DNA of 63,688 nucleotides from a virus (Duplodnaviria; Caudoviricetes): IMG/VR virus record IMGVR_UViG_3300027365_000013, positions 1 to 63,688 of that record; one strand, 5' to 3'. Shown piece by piece: positions 57,290 to 63,688 of this stretch (position 1 is its first letter; each line of letters starts with the position of its first letter). The notes under the pieces were generated by a model. It saw only the letters and a program-made list of their open reading frames with translations, ran no database searches and was not told where the DNA came from. The position numbers and the translations under genes were made by a program.

Positions 57290-57841
57290 TTATTTGTCAT
57301 CATTGTTAACAGGATCGAGCCCGAGTTTTTCACGCTCTTCTTCTAGACTCATAGAATTTGATAACAGTTTATATTTATCATAATCCCATTCATCAATGAT
57401 TTTTTCAAATAAATCCGCACTATAGTCTTTACGAAACTCAGTATGCTCAACACCGTCGTTGTCTACATACTTGTATTTGTTTCCGACCTTTTCCAAGACC
57501 CCTAGATCCAATAGGTAATCAAAGAGCCCAGAGTAACGATCTAGACCACTATCGAAGCGTATATGGATTTTACAAGTTTCATATGCTCTACCATACCGTG
57601 ATTTCATGATTTTAATCGCAGATTTAATACCGTGAACATCGGATGTTTTCTTACCATCTTCATCTTCTTTGAGTTTAAGTTTTTGACTAGCAACTACAAT
57701 TGAAGATGCAAAGATGAATCCCGAATTATGAGATATTACACCACCATCAAGAATATAATTTCCAGTATCTTCTACTTGGATATCGTATACGGGTTTAATA
57801 TCTCTATTTTTTGTTACACTTTTTATTTTTATAGTTTTCAT
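57290..57841 (-). CDS. uvsX: UvsX C-fragment: split intein IntC (39 aa) + C-extein (144 aa)
   Basis: VYDIQVE..GNYIL.GG.ISHN|SGFIFASS...KSR...GLDRYSGL; GGAG RBS before ATG 57841. Confidence 0.9.
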   Translation of the reverse strand: MKTIKIKSVTKNRDIKPVYDIQVEDTGNYILDGGVISHNSGFIFASSIVVASQKLKLKEDEDGKKTSDVHGIKSAIKIMKSRYGRAYETCKIHIRFDSGLDRYSGLFDYLLDLGVLEKVGNKYKYVDNDGVEHTEFRKDYSADLFEKIIDEWDYDKYKLLSNSMSLEEEREKLGLDPVNNDDK

Positions 57842-58021
57842 AATATTCTCCAATAATACTTAATAACTCTACTATAACATCATTTCTCTTTTTGTAAATC
57901 TTGCCATTCAACCTATATGATCTATTAGTTAGATACCAAACGTATACAACTTGGTATCCTCTATTATACGCAGATATACAGTTAAATAATTTATGTATAT
58001 TTATTACATAGATTATTCTTT

Positions 58022-59371
58022 TTACTTCTTTCGTTTGTTCTTACGAACAACTACTTGAACCAAGGGACTGTAAACTCCTTGGACTTCATCGTCTACTGGA
58101 TTCCAGTAAAATCCCGAAGTGCGATTTATACCTTTAACTATGTAATACCTAAGTGCTGGTAATCCATCAACTAGATGATTACTAGCGGCATTAACATCTG
58201 CATTAGCAGTATGCCCACAACAACGACATTTGAATATTTCTTTGTCTTTATTTGAGCGGTTAAGGCAATGGACAAATCCACAAGAATTACATCTTTGGCT
58301 TCTATAAGCAGATGATTGCTCAACTAACTGGACACCAGCCAGTAAAGCCATATCTTCTAGTTTATCACGTATCAATGTGTTTGTGAATCCGTTTAAAAAT
58401 TTGCTTCTCTTTTGTTTATGAAATATATTTTTTATTTCTTCTAAACGGATTTCGCTTATATCACTTAAATCTAACTGGTTTATTGTCCAGTTAATGAAAT
58501 TCTTTCTGTGTTCTACCGTTCTATTAAAGGACTTACTACCTTTCTTTTTAGTAGAAAGAGCTGTTAAAATATCCTTAAAATCTATACCATGTGCGTTGTT
58601 ACTTGATTGATATACATTGTTATTTCTATCAACTAAGGTAAGTAGTTTGTTTATACCCTGATCTATGGCTACCGTTTTGCCTACTTCTTTGATATTAGGA
58701 ATCGCTACTTTAAAACGCACTGAAATATAGTTTTCCGTTAGCAAGAACGATTTTAGTCTTTCTTCTTTCTTACTGTCCAAGTAATTATATCGCTTGTGTT
58801 TTTTCGATAGAATGAATAATTTATTCTTAGGTAAGTATCTTTTCTTATAGGTTGCATCGAATAATGAACCAAACATAAACAATAAATCAAACTCTTTTGT
58901 ATCAACCGATTCGGTCATTGATACTAAAATTGTTCCTAGCTCTGCTCCTACTTGTTTATTGATCTTGGGCTTTTTTATGAATCTGTTTTTGTATAACCAG
59001 CTATTAATAATTGCTTCTCGTGTAGTATTGCCTTTTTCTCGTGCTTTCTCTAAGGCATAACACTTCTTTTCGTATTTCTTGAGAAGCGATTTGATCATAC
59101 CGTTTGCTTGTGTGACAGCACATTTGATAGCCCGCCCAGATAGAACCAAGTCATCTGTCTTTAGTTGGTTTGTAAACGGATAGAACTTTTGTGCTTTATA
59201 CGCTGATTTGTTTTGTGTGCCTGTATTTAAGTTATGTTCCGCCCAATAGAAGTCAATAGCTCGTTTAAGTACAATACGATAGTCCCTCAAAAATATATTA
59301 AGGTGTTTTAGTTTACCAGTATTATTATCTGAGAGATAATGCTTAGTTGACTTAATTATTGTACCAGCCAT
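58022..59371 (-). CDS. tnpB: TnpB RNA-guided nuclease
   Basis: RuvC-I AIDQG, RuvC-II RLEE, Zn finger CNSCG...CRCCG, RuvC-III ADVNAA.N; catalytic D-E-D intact. Confidence 0.9.
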   Translation of the reverse strand: MAGTIIKSTKHYLSDNNTGKLKHLNIFLRDYRIVLKRAIDFYWAEHNLNTGTQNKSAYKAQKFYPFTNQLKTDDLVLSGRAIKCAVTQANGMIKSLLKKYEKKCYALEKAREKGNTTREAIINSWLYKNRFIKKPKINKQVGAELGTILVSMTESVDTKEFDLLFMFGSLFDATYKKRYLPKNKLFILSKKHKRYNYLDSKKEERLKSFLLTENYISVRFKVAIPNIKEVGKTVAIDQGINKLLTLVDRNNNVYQSSNNAHGIDFKDILTALSTKKKGSKSFNRTVEHRKNFINWTINQLDLSDISEIRLEEIKNIFHKQKRSKFLNGFTNTLIRDKLEDMALLAGVQLVEQSSAYRSQRCNSCGFVHCLNRSNKDKEIFKCRCCGHTANADVNAASNHLVDGLPALRYYIVKGINRTSGFYWNPVDDEVQGVYSPLVQVVVRKNKRKK

Positions 59372-59373
59372 AT

Positions 59374-59973
59374 CTATTCTTCTTTATGTATTTCCTTAAT
59401 GATAACTTCTGTTTTGCGTTTGGACTTCCGACTACCGTATAGTTTGGCACAGAATGAAGTAACAACAGACACTAAATCATTTACCAAATCATCTCTATCT
59501 GTTGTTGATTCATTTGCCACTATAATATTAATATTTTTCGATTTACATAACATTTCCAAGTAATGATAACCAAATCGAGTCAATCTATCTTTGTGTTCAA
59601 TAAGTAGAGTACAATCCTTATGATTTTCCAATAATGTGTTGAGTACTTTGCGGTTGTCGTTCATACCACTGGCTACTTCTTTGTATGTATGTTTAACCAC
59701 ATAGCCATTATTAGTTGCAAAATTGGTCATTCGGTCAACTTGCCTGTCGAGGTCGTCCCTTTGTTTACTTGAAGATACGCGACAATATATGATATAGTCA
59801 TTAGTAGAAACATTATCAGTAGGTGTGTCTTCTTCGACTTGGACTAGGATAGTGCCAGTTGGCAAGACTTTAGTATTTGGGATTAATCCTTTTTTATGTA
59901 AGCGAAATGCACCATGATACGAATATCCATTGTCTTTAGCCCATTGTGATAATTTTATATATTTTTTATTCAT
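59374..59973 (-). CDS. tnpA: IS607 TnpA serine recombinase
   Basis: N-terminal MerR-like HTH, YCRVSS..Q..DL.RQ, EHKDRLTRFG. Confidence 0.95.
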   Translation of the reverse strand: MNKKYIKLSQWAKDNGYSYHGAFRLHKKGLIPNTKVLPTGTILVQVEEDTPTDNVSTNDYIIYCRVSSSKQRDDLDRQVDRMTNFATNNGYVVKHTYKEVASGMNDNRKVLNTLLENHKDCTLLIEHKDRLTRFGYHYLEMLCKSKNINIIVANESTTDRDDLVNDLVSVVTSFCAKLYGSRKSKRKTEVIIKEIHKEE

Positions 59974-60012
59974 GTATATATTTAGTCTAGATACAAAAAA
60001 AGTATCAAAAAA

Positions 60013-60387
60013 TCAATAAAAGTTAAAATTTTTAAACACTAGTTGACAACACTTCTCAGTACATATATTTTTATATGTCAATAAGGAATTCTTTTTTCGC
60101 ATATCTGAGTCGCATACGATACACTTAACATATACCTGCTTTGATTTGCGCATTGCCGCTAAAGCATTTTCTTTTTTAACTTGATTACATAATTCCGAAC
60201 AAATATGTTTACCTGACGACAGGGACTGATTTTTAGGGAAAAAGCTCGAACATATAAAACATCTGACATTACCTTTGGAACGTTCAATGGCATCCTCTTC
60301 GGAATAACCTTTTTTAATCCAATATTTATAACCATACATAAAATTCCACCTCTTTAATCTATTTATCTTAATAAGAGGTGGAATCAT
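60013..60387 (-). pseudogene. Truncated N-part of a Zn-finger homing endonuclease interrupted by IS607
   Basis: YWIKKGYSEEDA resembles YYLSKGMSPEEA of the 32995 endonuclease; CxxC...CS..C twice; ends at the IS boundary. Confidence 0.55.
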
Positions 60388-60392
60388 GAACG

Positions 60393-61349
60393 TTATTTCA
60401 ATTCTTGGTCAAACGACAATATTGCATCATCGTCCGTTAGATATTGGGCTTCTCGCCATTCCCATGAGTCACCAGAGACAACTGCAAATTTATGTTCAGG
60501 TGAACACTCAAACAGTTGACCATCTTCTAGCTCTACCGTGAACGTGGGTTTATCGTACTGCCATGTTTGAATAACTTCATGATAATTATTATCATTACTC
60601 AACACGTAGTCGCCAATTTCCATTTCTTCAATAGACTTTACGCCATCTGATGTGATGATCTTGGTTCCGGCTATTAAACACCCGCCGCTAATCTTATCAT
60701 CAGGGTCAAACATATCCTGTGAGGCATATGTATGGTTGGTACATACAACACCAATATTCAGATCTGCAATTTGATTCACGAGATTTCGAACAAGAGCGTT
60801 TAGCTGCTTCGGCTTACGGCCCATATCGCCTTTCATGTCACCTTTACTAAATTGATCTACATCAGTATCAGTCAGCAACATACCAAGTGAGTCTACTACA
60901 AACAAGAAACAAGGTCTCTCTTTAGGATCAACGTCAGAATAATTATCACGATAGTCTTTTATGAACTCATGCATGATCTTACCAACATCGTTGATCATTG
61001 ATACTTGAAAACGTAACATTTTTTCAGGCGATGTGTCGATGCCAAAGTTCTTCAACCAAGCTTCATCAAGTGCGTTTTCTGTGTCAAACACAACAGGTAT
61101 GATACCACGATCCTGTGCATGTTTAACCAACATACCAGATACAATCAGTGATTTACCCGAACCAGAAGCCCCGGCAAACATAGACACCTTACTAAGGGGG
61201 ATGCCCTTATGAAAGTCTCCTGATATCAAATAGTTCAACATATAGTTTCCGGTATCTACCCAGATAGTTGGGTCATTGAAACCGTGACTAACATTTAGCT
61301 TCTTAGTAACACTAGAAGCAAATTTACTCATATCTACAGGTTTTCTCAT
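60393..61349 (-). CDS. uvsX: UvsX N-fragment (223 aa) + split intein IntN (95 aa, Cys1 at 60680)
   Basis: GASGSGKS Walker A, VDSLG, NHTY...ISGG|CLIAGT...CSPEH then stop. Confidence 0.9.
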   Translation of the reverse strand: MRKPVDMSKFASSVTKKLNVSHGFNDPTIWVDTGNYMLNYLISGDFHKGIPLSKVSMFAGASGSGKSLIVSGMLVKHAQDRGIIPVVFDTENALDEAWLKNFGIDTSPEKMLRFQVSMINDVGKIMHEFIKDYRDNYSDVDPKERPCFLFVVDSLGMLLTDTDVDQFSKGDMKGDMGRKPKQLNALVRNLVNQIADLNIGVVCTNHTYASQDMFDPDDKISGGCLIAGTKIITSDGVKSIEEMEIGDYVLSNDNNYHEVIQTWQYDKPTFTVELEDGQLFECSPEHKFAVVSGDSWEWREAQYLTDDDAILSFDQELK

Positions 61350-61371
61350 TATTATTATTTCCTACAGAGTC

Positions 61372-61397
61372 TTGGGGGAAGGCATGCCTTCCCCCAA
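61372..61397. terminator. Perfect 26-bp palindrome after the ssb gene
   Basis: ttgggggaaggca|tgccttcccccaa. Confidence 0.6.
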
Positions 61398-61409
61398 TCG
61401 TAATTCGAA

Positions 61410-62384
61410 TCAGCCTTTGTTCATCTTAGCACGAAGCTCAGCTAGAACACTATCTGTACCACTAGGTGTTTCTTCTTTAGACTCTTCTTTCGGCTCTTCC
61501 GGTGTAGGTGCTGCTTTCGGAGCAGAAGATTCAGTCTTCGGTGAAGAAGGTTGTGGAGTACTAGTACCAGTACCTACAGATGCATTTCCAAGCTCTAGCT
61601 TGACACCTTTCGGACGATACTTATTAGCCCACTCTAGACGGTATACAGAATCACCTTCTTTTAGGCTTTCTTCAAACATCGCATAAATCACGTCTAGATC
61701 TTCTTGAGACGGTTTACGCGGTAGGAATCCGCTTAGGTCAAATAGACCGAACTTATCAACTGCATCTCGCTCATCAACAGTTAGAGAGGATTCACGACGT
61801 GCGAAGCTAGAAGTTCCGTAGGACGCAAACTTACCATCCTGCTGTTTGGTGATTTTAAAATCAGTACCATTATCAAAGTCAGTAGGTAGACTTTCCATCT
61901 CAGGATCTAGAAGGGATGCTTCAATGATCTTATGAATAGACTTCGCAACCACAAAACGACGAATCGGATTTTCTGGACTTTCTTCATCTACATGGCCTTC
62001 ACGAACAAAGCCTTGATAGATATAAGTCTTTGACGGCCAGTAACGACGTGCTAGATCTTCCTTTTCAGTCTTCCACCATGGACGTGTTTCAGTAAGAATA
62101 GGGCATTTATCACCTTCTTTATACATTTCAACACATGGTACCTCTACTACCACATCATTCAGTTCAGGGTGGCCTTCAACTGAAGCAAATGGGATACGAA
62201 TCATCTGACGTTCACGCCAAAAGAATGTATTGTTTTCATCAGCATCTGGTAAGAAGCGAAGAATAGTAGTAGAATCTACTGGTGCATTCCAGAACGGATA
62301 GATATCACCACTAGAAGTGGAGCTAGGTGCTTTGTCACCTTGGGATTTTGCAAGTTTTGCGCGAATTTCATCTAAGCTAGACAT
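61410..62384 (-). CDS. Single-stranded DNA-binding protein (T4 gp32-like)
   Basis: ILRFLP, C...CP, G.DF.I.K...YGTS.F; adjacent to uvsX. Confidence 0.8.
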   Translation of the reverse strand: MSSLDEIRAKLAKSQGDKAPSSTSSGDIYPFWNAPVDSTTILRFLPDADENNTFFWRERQMIRIPFASVEGHPELNDVVVEVPCVEMYKEGDKCPILTETRPWWKTEKEDLARRYWPSKTYIYQGFVREGHVDEESPENPIRRFVVAKSIHKIIEASLLDPEMESLPTDFDNGTDFKITKQQDGKFASYGTSSFARRESSLTVDERDAVDKFGLFDLSGFLPRKPSQEDLDVIYAMFEESLKEGDSVYRLEWANKYRPKGVKLELGNASVGTGTSTPQPSSPKTESSAPKAAPTPEEPKEESKEETPSGTDSVLAELRAKMNKG

Positions 62385-62499
62385 AGTTTGTTTCCTTTTT
62401 GTTATTTTTAGTGTGTTAAACTTTTAAGTTTGTTAATGTAATTGTTAATATTATTAAATCATAAAACTGAAATACGTCAATAGTCTTTTTTATGTTTTT

Positions 62500-62868
62500 T
62501 TAGCCGTTTGATAGGTACGAGTCTAAATCTACATAATCAGCTTTGTTGTATTTCTCTCTACCCTTTTGTACAAACATAACAGTGTACTCAAGGTCTTCTT
62601 TGGTGATTTTCTCATATTCACCATTTCGAAGATGGTATGCGATATTACATATAAAATTAGAAATTTCTAGTGATGTACATAACATCGCCATATCTTGTAA
62701 AATATAAGCAAATTTAAAATGATCGTGCGTGAAGGTTTCTACGTTGGAGGGATGGTATTCTTGTTGCTTGCGATTCCGCATATAAAATTCAAAGTCGCCA
62801 TTCTGAATTTGTTCTTTTGCAGTTTCCACGGTTTCGCCTACGGGTTTTTTACTAAAAGATTTACGCAT
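62500..62868 (-). CDS. Hypothetical protein
   Basis: AGGAG RBS. Confidence 0.65.
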   Translation of the reverse strand: MRKSFSKKPVGETVETAKEQIQNGDFEFYMRNRKQQEYHPSNVETFTHDHFKFAYILQDMAMLCTSLEISNFICNIAYHLRNGEYEKITKEDLEYTVMFVQKGREKYNKADYVDLDSYLSNG

Positions 62869-62932
62869 TGTGATACTCCTGTTTAAAATTTGTTAATATA
62901 GTGCTAAGTTAGTAGTTATTTCAAGATGTCCT

Positions 62933-63589
62933 TTAGAAGGACATCTTATTAAGTAAATCAACGATTTGCGCTAGTGTGTTATCACTACCACGGCTCTCTA
63001 ATTTAACCGAACCGCCTGATTTGTCAAGCTGTTTTTTTCTCTCAAGCAACCGGCTAATTTTTGAATGGTCTACACCTTCAGCGATAGCTGGTAAAAATGG
63101 CCTGAGATCGTGGTTTATTATTTGAACCTCATTGCTCTCATTGATTACCTTAATATTTATACCATTATCAACGAATAAAATATTATCATATAATTCGTAT
63201 GATGTTTGTTCACTCTTAAAGGACTCGTTAACAGCATTCATCATTTGCTTAAGGTTATAGCGCTTTTTGAGAATGTCTTTCGAGAAGTCCTTTGGTTGTA
63301 ATATCTGGTTGTAGTTGGAAACTTCAAGGTTGATGAAATATTTTTTAGTCAACTGCCTTACTAACTGAAGAATTTTTTTAAAGGTACTTGTCTTCATATC
63401 TGATTTGTGTAATTCAACCGTATTTCTTTCTTCCTCAATTATGAACATCATGTTTGGCTCTTTGACAAAGATGTATTTCGCTTCATATGGATTTGAAATA
63501 GCAGATCCATCGCCGTCATATAGTTTGAACTGGTAATTGAGTGAATTCAATATACTGATAAGTCCATCTTTAATCTTTTCGTATTTCAT
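62933..63589 (-). CDS. Hypothetical late protein
   Basis: TATAAATA at 63614-63621. Confidence 0.7.
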   Translation of the reverse strand: MKYEKIKDGLISILNSLNYQFKLYDGDGSAISNPYEAKYIFVKEPNMMFIIEEERNTVELHKSDMKTSTFKKILQLVRQLTKKYFINLEVSNYNQILQPKDFSKDILKKRYNLKQMMNAVNESFKSEQTSYELYDNILFVDNGINIKVINESNEVQIINHDLRPFLPAIAEGVDHSKISRLLERKKQLDKSGGSVKLESRGSDNTLAQIVDLLNKMSF

Positions 63590-63688
63590 ATATGTAGTCC
63601 TGTCGTTTACTTTTATTTATACTGAGTTGCGCTAAGCAACTCATATCGCGTATATACGCGATAATATAATCTTGTAAATATTATTATC

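Larger units (their letters stand above)
57975..60050 (-). mobile_element. IS607-family insertion sequence (ends approximate)
   Basis: Serine-transposase tnpA followed after 2 bp by tnpB; flanked by two pieces of an endonuclease-like ORF. Confidence 0.85.

Noticed and set aside
1-63688. tRNA/rRNA genes and a second DGR VR
   Set aside because: None recognised by eye; tRNAscan-SE and a TR-based search would be needed to exclude them fully.

Overview
AT-rich, gene-dense segment of a large T4-related (jumbo-type) phage of a Gram-negative host. Markers include a gp32-like SSB, UvsX, a gp44-like clamp loader, a gp17-like terminase fragment, NrdA/NrdB/glutaredoxin, two RNA ligases, GroES, an RpoH-like sigma factor, NadR/PnuC, Acb2 and T4-type late promoters (TATAAATA). 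The main feature is that essential genes are broken into pieces that need splicing. (1) NrdA is encoded on three separate ORFs joined by two different split inteins, one with an 18-aa IntN, plus a Gln-ending cis intein at the catalytic Cys. (2) UvsX is fractured by a split intein whose gap holds a complete IS607 (TnpA+TnpB) inside a broken endonuclease gene. (3) The terminase large subunit stops at its Walker A motif with a short IntN, and no partner IntC lies in the window. (4) nrdB carries a group I intron with an HNH gene. The window also holds a complete diversity-generating retroelement whose target has a late promoter, a candidate ~245-nt pseudoknotted ncRNA with its own sigma70 promoter, an inverted duplicated early-gene cassette, an exact 282-bp tandem repeat bounded by a protease-site-like motif, and a set of late proteins with capsid-targeting-like leaders carrying ART, GNAT, ATP-grasp or amidoligase folds. 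All family calls come from motif recognition by eye; no database searches were run.
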